A DNA stretch of 64,000 nt from Azolla caroliniana (lineage: Eukaryota; Plantae; Polypodiophyta): NCBI GenBank assembly GCA_043228905.1, contig JBHGNT010000009.1:6944001-7008000 (forward strand), in the 5' to 3' direction. Made by a program: the position numbers and the translations under genes. The notes under the pieces are model-generated. The model did not search any database, was not told where the DNA came from, and saw only the letters and a program-made list of their open reading frames with translations. Below, piece after piece: positions 26,521 to 38,661 of this stretch. Numbering within the stretch: the first letter of the stretch is position 1; every line of letters starts with the position of its first letter.

Positions 26521-27738
26521 GATATTGAACCTCAAATAAACTATAGTATTATTAGAATTAAAGAAGCTTAAGGAATGGGCTTGATGAAGAATCAAATTCT
26601 ATATTTCTACTACGCAATTTAGTTATGTATACAAAATTAATTAGTTTCAAATAGAAAAAAAAAATTATATGTTGAAGAAAAGGAGAAATACTTAAAACAT
26701 GGGGATGGGTGTTGGATGGAAACCATGCCCATACCACACATTCTAGATACATGAGGAAGAACCTAATAGTGGGATGGTGCAAGTCGTATAATAATTTTAA
26801 ATGATGATGTGATCACAAGGACAAGGAGACACCTACCATTTCTCAATTCACATGCTTCGTCTTTGATTGAGAACCCAACAACCTTGATGCTTCATCATTC
26901 TCCACTAAAAAACAATTGATGCTTTTAAATCATCTATTACCCTCTTCAACTTTGCACATAACGATTGTCATAAATGTTTATTCCAAAACCTTGACAAATA
27001 ACTTTTGTAGGGTACTTGCAATCCAACCAAGCCCTTTTCGCATGAAAGTGAACTTCCTCTCTTGCTTCATGGCAGACATTGGATACATCATTAAAATAGG
27101 ATGTAGATGTATCCGATAAATATATCATGTATGATCTTAATGATGGTTTGGATGGGTGGATGTGGCATCGAGATCTTTGATGTAGTGTTGCACTATATTA
27201 GAGTTGGTGCATGCCAATCCATTCTATACTATCCTTGTTCACCCTACACTCTGGTTGGTGGAGATGTGCAGCTATATATCCCAACTATTTAGGTCTCGAC
27301 AATAACTGATCTTTGTGTGGGAGGTTGTGTGAAGATGACTAGACTACGGGAAGAATGGAATATGATGGAAGAATGTGTCTCCTCGTGTTATGATGATGTG
27401 GACTAGAGTAAACCAACTATTTGTGTACCAACATTTTTAATGTGACCAATCAATATTGTCCCTTTATGTTATGTCCTAGTAGTGGATTTATATAAATAGC
27501 CCGCCCACAAAGCCCTTAGGAAGAACACCACAATGGCCAAACAATGATACCCTTATATAAATGGACATTACCATGACATGATCCACTAGATAAAGAGAAA
27601 TTCAATTGATTAGAGGAATTTTATCTCGAGTACATCCAAGAGAATGCCACATTAGACTTGCCATTGATATTGGTGACAAGTATATATATCGAGCCTCATA
27701 GTTCCACATTGGGCCAAATTATTGACATCTACCAAAGT

Positions 27739-29379
27739 TTAGCGCCGGCAAACCATGCCGCCATTGGTGGAGGATGCGGTACAATGTGCATCAAAATCGG
27801 CAATAGGTAACATGGTCAAAGACTCAACATCCTTTTGGAACTTTGCAGCGAGGCAATCTGTGGAGAATAGGGAAGAGGCCTTGAATGTGGATTCACCGCC
27901 CATGATAGGCATAGGTACGCCCACCTTGACTGGGTTCTTGAAGTTGGGACGATAGGTTTGGCCAAGCACACCATCCACATTGTTAGATAGGCCGCGGAAT
28001 TGATTGAATTGGACATTGAGGTGGGCAAAGCAATTGTCGGCCGGCAATTTGTAATGATGTAGTTGATCCTCCTCTTTCGTGATGGGCACCACCTCGACCG
28101 TAATTCCCATTAAGCCACCATCGATGTTTATCTAGGGAATTTGCGCGTTAACAAACAAAAAAAAATGCAAAATCAGTTGTCTGTCCAACCACGGCCACGA
28201 TTGATGGATGAATAAAACATGTACATCAACGGAAGGACACTCACTCGGTAAAAAGTGCAGTTAAAACGTGTACACACTAGTTACCTGCACGACGTTTGTC
28301 TCGGAAGTTCTCAATATCTCAACCTCCCCCATGTCTGAGCTCCACTTATTGCCTGCGCCAATGTCCAAGTCGACGTCTTGTCCATCATATGTGAACACCA
28401 TGTGGTCATTTTGGTCGGTCCATTGGGCCACTGTTTTGGCACCAACACTGAAAGTGTGGTTGTCAAACATGATACCTAGAGCCTGAACCCATGTGAAGTC
28501 GCGCGTGCGACCCTGGGGCCGAATGCCGATGAAATGTGCGTTCACATGGAGGTTTGTGTCGGAGAGAAGACAAAAGTCCTCGTTCGACTTCCCGTGAAAG
28601 TAGAACATGACACCATCACCTCCGACAAAGCGAGGATCATAGCAAACAGACGAGTACCCAGAGCACTTCGGCTTGCGGTCTTCTCAAAACGAAAGGAAAG
28701 GAAAGGGTGAGTTTCTTAAAATCTAGGATTAAGACATTGTGTACCACATTCTTATTATAATGGGAATCATTAGTTGGTTGATTGGGAGATTTATATGCAA
28801 ACATGGTCAAGTGTGCCATTAATTTAAATCTAGGGTTAAGACATTGTGTACACTACATTTTTACTATACTCAGAATCATTAGTTAGTTGATTAGGAGATT
28901 TATATGCACACATGGTCAAGCGTGCCATTTATTTTATTGCAAATTTGATCTAACTACATACATAAAATGAGGTGATTGCTAGCCACTACATAATCAAAAA
29001 TTCATTCATCATTTGAAATACCAACTAAACTCATGTGATTCATCATGCTTCATATACGTGACGATTTTACGTGTTGAAAAGCAATATAATTACTTTTGCA
29101 TGTGGTCTGGCATTTGGTGGAGCAGTCGATGAAGCACGATCGCTTCCCCGCGACACGTTTTGGGCATTGTGAGGGGCATGTCAATACTTTGAGGTAGCAT
29201 TTGTTGCGAGCCAGGCACCGTGCCCGTTCCTTACCCGCCACGGTCGTTTGCATCACGTATTGTGTGGTTTGTGGGTCCGGACGCGAGGTCGCCGCATCAA
29301 CGGCCAATTGGTCGATCATTATCATGGCTATTGCCCACAACATGAGAATGCCCATCATTTTGGCTAGCATCATGGCCAT
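27739..29379 (-). CDS. Root cap / late-embryogenesis-abundant-related secreted protein (Root_cap family), 3 exons: 29379-29094, 28679-28285, 28131-27739 (357 aa)
   Basis: Hydrophobic signal peptide; Cys-rich CPSQCP...CFIDCSTKCQTTCK; CYDPRFVGGDGVMFYFHGK; RDFTWVQALG; CFAHL...VDGVLGQTYRP...GVPMPIMGG; C-terminal GGMVCRR. GT-AG introns join in frame (1074 nt). Confidence 0.93.
28716..28929. repeat. ~107-bp tandem duplication in intron 1 of the Root-cap gene
   Basis: Two diverged copies of TAAATCTAGGRTTAAGACATTGTGTAC...GGAGATTTATATGCAMACATGGTCAAGYGTGCCATT. Confidence 0.85.
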
Positions 29380-29441
29380 TGTATCTTCTTCTTCTTCTAA
29401 AATGCTTGTTTGTATTCTTCGTCTTTCCCAACTTTGAGCCA

Positions 29442-29450
29442 CTTTTTATA
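29442..29450 (-). promoter_or_regulatory. TATA box of the Root-cap gene
   Basis: TATAAAAAG about 65 bp upstream of the ATG on the minus strand. Confidence 0.6.
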
Positions 29451-32400
29451 AGGTCACTACATACCCCTCTGCCCTCTTACCCCATGGAAACACTTCCTCT
29501 CCACTTCTTTGACATATCATCGTGTCCGAAATGTGCAAAACGTACACACGCATCATCTCCCTCTCTTATTGGTAGCATTGTTATAAGCACCCAAAAACTT
29601 CCTTATATTTATTCTTTCTTTTACCATGATCCTTGGAGATGCACATATCCCATTAGCCATCTCCCTCTCTCTCTCTTATTAAAAAATATGATGGACATCT
29701 TATATTAATTATCATGGGCATAGCACGATGCCTACTTTCAAATATCATTACTCAATTAGCTAGATAACTATTATGAAAAGTCAATCATAAGCCTCATTCA
29801 CTTGGAGGAGTTTATGACATAAACCAAATATATCTTCAATGTTCTCCAACAAGGTTATTGCAAGTATTTTAAGGATGATAGGCTTGAATTAACAAAGCTC
29901 TTATATCTAGGTGTGTTGGACTTGTTCTTGGGCCCTTTCATACCTCAAGGAGCTTCATCATTGCTGTAAATATATGCTTGAAACTCACAATTACTAGGAG
30001 CCTAGAGGTACCAACATGTAGATTTTATGATGATATTCGAACATTGCCTATGACCTACATAGGCGAAGGTGAAACATTTTCACATGTATTTCCAAAGTTG
30101 AGTTGTGCATTTCAATATTCTAGAATTTTATTAGTGAACATTGCAATGGATAGAGCACCTTGTGACAATGAAAGAAATGTGTGGAAATATTCCGGTCGAG
30201 GTTGGAGCATTGTTTCCAAGTATGAAACTCAAACTCATGAACAGGCTCCAAGGCAAAATATAAAATATACTTAGGAAACCATTCACTAAATCCCTATCTC
30301 ATCTAGAAGAGAATGTGGAAGTAAGTTGTATGAAAGTATTGTGTGTATGGTAGACAAAGAGAAGGTAGTTCTGTAATTTGGTGCATCATATGTAATATAA
30401 TATGTGAAGGATGGGTCACCACATCCTCGTCAAGTGATGATACATTGGTGTTGGAAAATACCATTAGACGAATCTATTGACAAATCATGAAACATGCGTG
30501 ATGCATCCCATCTTCAATAAACTATCCTTTTTTTATCATGTGCTCTCTTTAGATTTCTTTTCAAGAATTGCACGTAGACTAAAATATATTTTTCACAAAA
30601 AGTAAGGGGGATAGTGTATCTCTCTCCAAAGTCTTTTCTTTTCTTCAAGACTTTGGGTTTAGATGTAAACCCCTATATTACCATCGGTTTGCAAAATGTT
30701 GTGTTTAATGTTAGTAATGTTTCTTTGTATTTTAATAGCATGAAGCAATAGGTATTCAAAAGATATATATAACTAGAATTGTAGGAATGGTTTCTCCAAG
30801 ACCTTGCTTTTCATGTTATGAAATCACTGAAACATTAGGGTGTTCTTCTTAGGCACTTTTACACATATAGTGAAGCTATATCGATTGAAATATGAAAGTA
30901 TGACTCTGACATTTCAATAGAGCTATACCAAAAATGTTTTATATTTAGACCCATCTCTAGGTTAACATAATTTATCTTTGGCATGCAAAAATAAAATAAC
31001 TTTAAAAGTTTTCCTATTCCTATTGCAATTACAACATTAGTAAGTTGTTACCATAGTAGTTTGTGAGTATGTGAAGATTGAGGTGGGCCATGGAGCCACA
31101 AGTGTTCCAAATCGAGAAATATAGCTGACATGAAGGTAGGATACATGATGACTATTATTGTTTCCGATGTTTGAGAGTCGCGTTAATCAAGGTTATGTGC
31201 ACAAGAGTTTTAGGGAATGTTTAATAACAAGCTCATTAAATCAAACAATAATAATCTACACAGACTCGCAATATTAACTTATGTTTATGAGGAATTAACA
31301 AATTATATATGATTAATGAGAATGAGAATTCTAAAAACTCTTTACGATTTTGATATCACAATTACAAATCGACAACAAAGAAATGTGATTATAAATTTAT
31401 AAACCTCCCTTACAAGAGAGCTTAAAAAATCTCCTAGGAGGAATCTATAAAGAACTTTTTATAATATGGTTTGTGATTACAATTTCAATCTATTTCCAAT
31501 ATGAACTTGATTAGAACATTTTGCACCCCCACCAGTCCGATTTTATCACTAATGGCACCTTCGAACATCGCCACTGTCGAAAACATTGCACCAACAAGCC
31601 CCTCGATCGATAACGGAAAAAACATCTCTGATAGCGGGGGTCCTGTTGAGATTATTTTCAACAATGAAGAGATGCTTCTACTTGAGAAAGAGATAGAGCG
31701 CCTTGAGCGAATAGCGGTCATATGCCGAGTGATGGGATCATGACCAAACAGAGGGTTGTTGCGAGATATGTTGCAAGCTCAATTTCATTCACAACTACGT
31801 GGTATAAAAGAAGTCCAACCGCTTGGTAAAGGCTTCTATCAAATCATACTAGAAGACACGGAGTTTGCAACGAACCTCATAGCACTTTCCCCCTGCCAGG
31901 TCCGAAATACATGGTTGTTCATGCGTAAATGGACACATGGTTTAAACCCAGAGAAAGCCGCACAACAGGATGACTCCATGAAAAAGGTAACAATGTTGTT
32001 TCCTGGACTATCCTTAGAATACAACATGTTAGTTCCTACTATTGGCAACTCCTTTGGGATGATGTTGGATGAGGAACTAACGCTAGCAGACAGACTAAAG
32101 AAGCACCTAGGCCCTCCCTCTATCCGCCTATTGGTGCAAGACATCAATAATTTCCCTCCAAGATCCTCATTCCCGGGAAAAACGGAATGTGAATTGAACA
32201 ATGCATAGAAGTGATTGGTGCACCGGGGCAATGTTTTGCATGCAAAAAGCTTGGTCATTTAAAAAAGAACTGCCCCACAAGACGTATTAAAGATCCTACA
32301 AAGGAGACTCTGGAAGGTCAGGATACCATAAGACATCAAAAACCTCCCCCACCACGACCCAACAAGGCTGTGATGGAATGGCGAGTGGTGGAAAAAACCC

Positions 32401-35113
32401 ATGTCCTTCGAAAAACATCATCGGCACAAAATCCTACATCGCCTATGAGCCCCAATTGCTTTGATCTACTACAAGAGCTCCCCCCCACAGATGAGCATTC
32501 CCCTAGTTCTTTCTTAAGCCCCAAGGAACGACCTAAGGTGACACCAAGCACACAAGTGAAAGTTCTCGTTAAAGCTTACAAAACAGGGAAACACAGACGA
32601 ATAATTCATGTAAAGACCCTAATAAGGAGCTTGAGTGGAACGGCACCCAATGCAGAAGCAACAAACCAAGGCAGAAGTGTGAATGTCACGCCTCAAATCA
32701 TAGTCGTCTCGGACACAAATGAGTGTGCTTCCTCTAGCCAAGACCTTGAACCACACCCACAAAATGCCTTGAAATGGCTAGGTATAGGGCTCAAGACAGT
32801 GGAAAAAATAAGGGTACATGTATGAGGGGTGCACAATAACGGAGTTCCGACGACCTCAATCTCCTTTCCACTCTTGCTTCCGACTCAGGAAGATTGGTCG
32901 AAATCCAAGATTAAAGATATGTTATGTAGCCAAGCAGTGTGCTTTGTAGCACAAATAAGAGCTGAAGAGCTCATGAATGAACTAAAGCAACATTGGCATA
33001 ACACTAAATTCTAGTGCACCATGGATAAAGAGACCCCCATCTTTGCCACATCCACCTGCAGACTATCATAGACACCCAACTAACTCCAAGCTTTGTCTAT
33101 TTCTATGAGAAGCATGAAGGGGCGATTGAAGCTCACAAAATAGCCCACAAACTCCACTCATGGATGTGGACCACTATTCCATCCCTGGAAATGACTGGAT
33201 GTCCAAATGGTGAGTGCTCCCCACTCACGACCTGCTGTACAAAGCACCAGGCACAACTGGCAACCTCCCACCCCATTCCATGAGTATGAAGATTATAACA
33301 TGGAACGTGCAAGGACTCAGAAGTAGACTAGACCAGCAAAATAGATGGAAACTGAGAAGGGATCTTGAAGAATATTTAGTAGGGAGTGGTGTTGACATCA
33401 TCATGTTGCAGGAACACCACCTCGATAGCACACAGTTAAAGGAAGTCGGAGACCTTCTACGAGGATCATGGCGAACGATTTGGGAGCCAACAATTGGGGA
33501 GGATGGAAATCATGGTGGTATTTGCACTTTGATTCGGGAACATCTAGCCCAAGGCTTAATACACCAAGAATCACTTATACCTGGTAGGGCACATTTTTGC
33601 ACGTTGGCCATCCAAGGGCAACGATGGAACTTCATGAATGTTTATGCTCCAAATAACAGAACAGAAAGAGCAACATTCTGGGACCGCATCCGCCTACAAG
33701 TAGTGGGTGCGGAAGAGTGGTGCATTGGAGGGGATTTTAATATGATCGAATCCATTCACGATAGCTCCAACAACAACCCCATAGTTCTACAAGGAAGGGA
33801 ACGCAAACAATGGGAGAAGTTATGTGTCCACCTTAACCTGCGAGACATCTGGCATTCTACCAACTTCCAACGGAAAAGGGATTCTCTCCTATTCTCCTGA
33901 TCAAATGGGCGGAATAGTGGACCCACCCTATCTCACATTGACCACATTTATGTGGGGGAGGCTCTAGAAGCGAAGGGAGGGTGGTGTCGCATAACTCCAG
34001 ACACGACTTTCTCTGACCATTACCCGGTAGTTGGTCATTTTCAATTGCACCGGAAATGGGGCCCATTCCAGACTCGCATCCCACACACTATTTACACACT
34101 TATAGACATGAAGGACCAACTATCCAACCAATGTCATTACCCGTCAATAGCTCATCAACATCGGACAAACTTTTAGCTAAATTAACAAGAGCCTCTACTC
34201 TCCTACATGAGATTGTCAAGACCAGACGCAAGGATGCTCAGGAGAAGTGATAGAGGACAAAACGGGGACTAATAGCCTTACAATGACTCCAACAGAGATA
34301 CCCGTCCTGTATTTGGATCACAGGACAAGTCGCCATGGCCAAACAGGAACTTAGCATGGTAGAAAAGGAAATATATGACATGGAGTTTCATGGCAGCATG
34401 GCGCGATGGATTCGAGTAGGTGACAAAACCACAAAGGAATTCTTCCGCTCCAAAGGCTCGAGGCACGCTAGAACTGTGATGCACAGCCTCAATTGAGAGG
34501 ATGGAACGACCACTGAGGATGGCGACGAAATGAGGAATATTGCCACAAGGTATTATAGCCGCCTACTTACCGAAGACATTATAGCTACAGGGGAAGACAT
34601 AAGCGATGATATTATCCTCCAAAGCATACCCGAGAAAGTCACGCCAGAAATGAATACCTGGCTTGTGCGTCCCCTATCAATCATTGAGATATGGGAAGCC
34701 CTCACTGATTTAGATGCCGAGAGCTGCCCCGGAATCGACGATCTCACCCCGCACTAACACGTTCGCGTTCACAAGTGGAATGATCGCGCATAAATGGAAG
34801 GATAAGGGAAATTTTAGGGGTTTTTCAATGATTTTACAAAACACATTGATACCAGTATCATACATGTTCAAACATACTATGAAAAAGGTTAAAAATCCAC
34901 TATTTTCGTGATTTAGAAGTAACTAAAAAAAGACGAATTTCAAAAAGATACATTCTCAATTTATATCACAAACTTTACAACCAATGTTATTTTATAAGAA
35001 ACGATTTTTTGGAAATCATAAGAATTCAAAACGCATGCTTTTATATTACTCGATTTGTTACAAGCGGAATGTAGTTACACTTAATAGCCAAATATACATT
35101 CATGATCACTCCT

Positions 35114-37821
35114 TTATGGAGAATCACTACCATAACTAATATACAATGACGATTCCTCCTCATCATCCTCGGATGTACCAATCAGTGCATTATCTTCGTC
35201 ATAAACCAAATGGTTTGACTCTAGATTATATGTAGCAGTTCTCGTTTGCCTTTGACTCGAGCCACATTGTAGACTTGGTAATTTTTCTTTTATTATATCT
35301 ATTGTTGACTTCCTTAATCGTCCGGCTTTTGTAAGTGTGAAGTCGTACACGATGATATCCACATCAGAGATATCAAGGGTCGAGGTGTTACGAATGTTTC
35401 GCTTCCTCTTCCTACCTCCCCTTCTTGTTGGGCATTCAATCATCTCCAATGTATACTTACCTGTAAAAGCATTTGCACTTCTAGTGTTGTACCAATGAAC
35501 ATTTATAGACTTGATCGTGTTTCCTATTTCATGCATTAGCACTTCTAGAATTTTACCAACCCAAAATTGGTGGCCATGTGAGTTCTCATCAGCCGGCGTT
35601 GCAATCAACATCCCCGCGGTGAGCTCTTGCAAATTGCCTTGCCATCTAGCTTCGGCTGCTTTGGTCATCCTTGGTCCCACATAAATGTCTCTTTGTTGTG
35701 GATGGACCAAGCTGTCATTAATCACATTTACTAGTTGCTCCGGAGTTCTATTTACGCGATCATGTTGCAGCGACCATGTGAATGGCGTTTCCAAATTCCA
35801 ATTATCAACAGATACACAATTGTCTATAATTTCTTTCTGATCACTATAAAATACATCCCACCATGACGTGTCTTGTTGTGCGGCATATTTCTTGGCGGCC
35901 TCAATATGCTTTCTTTTTTCTTCTAAGGCTTGGAGCCATGACCGTTTTTGTTCTGATACCAAGTCGCTCTGCAACTGTCCTTTCTTCTCAATTGGCATTT
36001 GCTTAGCTCCATGGACAATTGTACTCGGCATACAAAGTAATAACTGGCAACCACCTTCAGGTTCCCATGTTGTAGAAGATGAATATTGTTTAGCATACAA
36101 AAGTGTAGAACCACTTATTCCATTTTTCTTTATCATAAAAATGTGATTGAAACTTATATTGTGTAACTGAGCAAGCACTTTAACATTCCCACCACCCCCA
36201 TCTAATATATATCTCTTAAAGTCATATACCTCCTTCAAGTGTAACACTTTTGGGCGTGGTGTATAAGCATCACAAATGACATCAAATAGTTTAGGTAAAG
36301 TGAAAGCATCATGTCGAGACAACTGTCTGGAGAATGTGCTAAACATCTGATCTATATGGTCATGTGTGTGGCCAACCAAAAGGAAATTGACTTTCACTTT
36401 CCTAAACAATTCTAGGTTGACCAACATACTTAGATAGCCAAATACAGTTGAATTTTTGTTCTCTCTAGTAGTATTGTCTAATTGAATGTATAGAACAGGG
36501 GGGAAAGGTTGGCCCCAAGACATCAAAACTCGGTGAATCACTGTAACTGTTAGGTTAGGGTCATTGTGAACATTGGGGTAAGTAATGAAGACGTGAGGTC
36601 GAACAGACCTATTATAAGCCAAGCATCCCACCAAGTGCATTTGAACAAGGCACTCATCATTGACATCTTTGGGGAGCCTCCGCATATGCGGCAAGCATGT
36701 CTTCTTCTGGTGCATGCCATCTATCATTAAGCACATGTATTGTTCGGGCCTCTTCAAACACTTCTCTCTATGATGCATCGCCTTCTTTCGTTCTAAGGAT
36801 TGTGCCTCACGATGCTCTTGTAGTAACTTCTTACTCGTATCCTTTTCCATTGATGTCTTTGCACCTTTAATCAAACTTTTAAGATTTGCACAAATGGAGC
36901 AATACCCCATACGTACTTTACGAGGAATAATAACATTTGAAAACCGAGCTCTCCATAATCTTGTGAATTGGCTATAGGTGATAGAATTATTACGTGAGCC
37001 CACCATATCAGATTGATAGACATCATAAACTTCCCGACGTGTATAATTATCAGAAAGATGCATCCTACCTGCAGTGGGCATTACTTCACAATTTAACTAA
37101 AAGTAAGTTTTCATCCAACCAATAGCATGTCTTCCAATTGCACCTTTCATACTTGGAACCTCTTTACAATTGAGCATCTGATCCCCGCTAAGTAGACGTT
37201 GTTGTACTCTATGTAGCCGCATGTTACTAACACATAACGCAATTTGTCAGATACTAGTTGCATATGTGACCCGAGGTAAGTGTCTTGCTCATCACCGGTC
37301 ATCGAAAAATAGTATCGCCTTAATTCTTGCAACTTTGATTTTCCAATCATAGACATACAACCACGGGCACAACATATTTTTTTGACATCAAATCCAATCT
37401 GTTTATCTGATGTCACCAAGCTAAATCTAGCCAGACGAATTCTTTGTGGGATTCTTCTAATATGCATAGGGCTCCTAGATTTCTCTTCCTGCATAGAGGT
37501 TGGTGTAACCTTGTTACAGTCTAATTCTCTGTTGTGACCATCGCCAATGTTATTCAATGTTTCCTGGGCATTACCTTCATTCTCCGTATCTTTATTAATA
37601 TCGTATTCTTCAATAGAGAACTCTTCACATGTGTCATTATTTACATTCCCTGTAGATGAGCTCAGACAATATTCTTCGATAGAATATGGTGAGTCGGTTG
37701 ACAGACAATATTCTTCAATCGAATATGGTGACTCTATTGACAAACAATACTCTTCAGTAGAAAACGATGGGTCTGATGACAAACAATATTCTTCAATCGA
37801 GAACGGTGAATCTTCACTCAT
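35114..37821 (-). pseudogene. Sola-like DDE transposase (one frameshift near 37235, one TAG near 37098)
   Basis: RNase H-fold motifs LMIDGMHQ, LYIQLDNTTRENKN and FLLVGHTHDHIDQMFS; CSIC upstream; CC..GC N-terminal motif. The superfamily call rests on remembered motifs plus the 4-bp TSD. Confidence 0.75.
37660..37818 (-). repeat. 39-bp coding repeat (SPxSIEEYCLSxD, about 4 copies) at the transposase N-terminus
   Basis: Visible in ORF 37147-37821. Confidence 0.85.
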
Positions 37822-38502
37822 GGCTTAAGGTATAGATAGGGCTCTCTAAGTTATGTGCTTAGGGTAAGGAAAAAAACTAATAAGCTCCTCTCTAAACATA
37901 TACTCCTCTCTAAACATAAACTTCTCTCTAAACAAAAGCCAAATCAATAGAATGTCTATATTATGTAATGTTCTATTAATACAATACAAAAAATTATTTT
38001 TAATAAAGTAATTGTACTTAAAATATCAATTATTATATAAACTACATCTATATGAAGTTAAATCAAGTATAATATAAAACTAATCATTAACAAGCCATGA
38101 ATATGTTGGATTAATGTTAAAATCATTGGCTAATTAATGGCACCCATTTTGATATAGAACGTCTCACTCATTGGTTCTTTAATGCTCACCATTTTAAATA
38201 TTAGACTTATCAATCATTGGTTAATTCATGCCAACATCTTTAATACACAACATTTGAGAGTCATAAAAATTGTTGCTTTTAGTAATCAATCATTGGTACA
38301 TTCATGAACCTCTATCATTGTCTCCTTCATGACCTTTAAAGTCATTGCAGGTTGTTATGACTATAAAAGATTGATCAATATGTTAGTTTGACTTTGTAAT
38401 CATTAATGCAATCATAAGTTACTCTAGTTAATGTGACTGTGGTTACCAACTAACTATCCTCAAAGTTACCAACCTTGGTTAAGGTGACTATGGTTACTTT
38501 AA

Positions 38503-38527
38503 CCAATGTGGTCAATCCCTATAAATA
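38503..38527 (+). promoter_or_regulatory. CCAAT and TATA box of the cargo gene
   Basis: CCAAT 38503-38507 and TATAAATA 38520-38527, then a 5' UTR with a 9-bp ACAGAGCRY repeat, then ATG at 38662. Confidence 0.6.
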
Positions 38528-38661
38528 GGAAGACCTCGTCATATTTCACTCACAAGAGCGTACAGAGCGTACAGAGCACACAGAACGTACAGAGCACACA
38601 AAGCACACAGAGCACAAAGCACCAAAGCGCGATCTCCGCCTCCACTACCACACGATCAACC

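Noticed and set aside
22800-27300. Short ORFs in AT-rich intergenic DNA (also 29978-30274 and 53935-55711)
   Set aside because: Low-complexity composition, no recognisable motifs and no splice-supported models.
31420-31500. TSD for the L1 element
   Set aside because: No convincing direct repeat matches the sequence after the A-tail at 51670; the 5' boundary is approximate.
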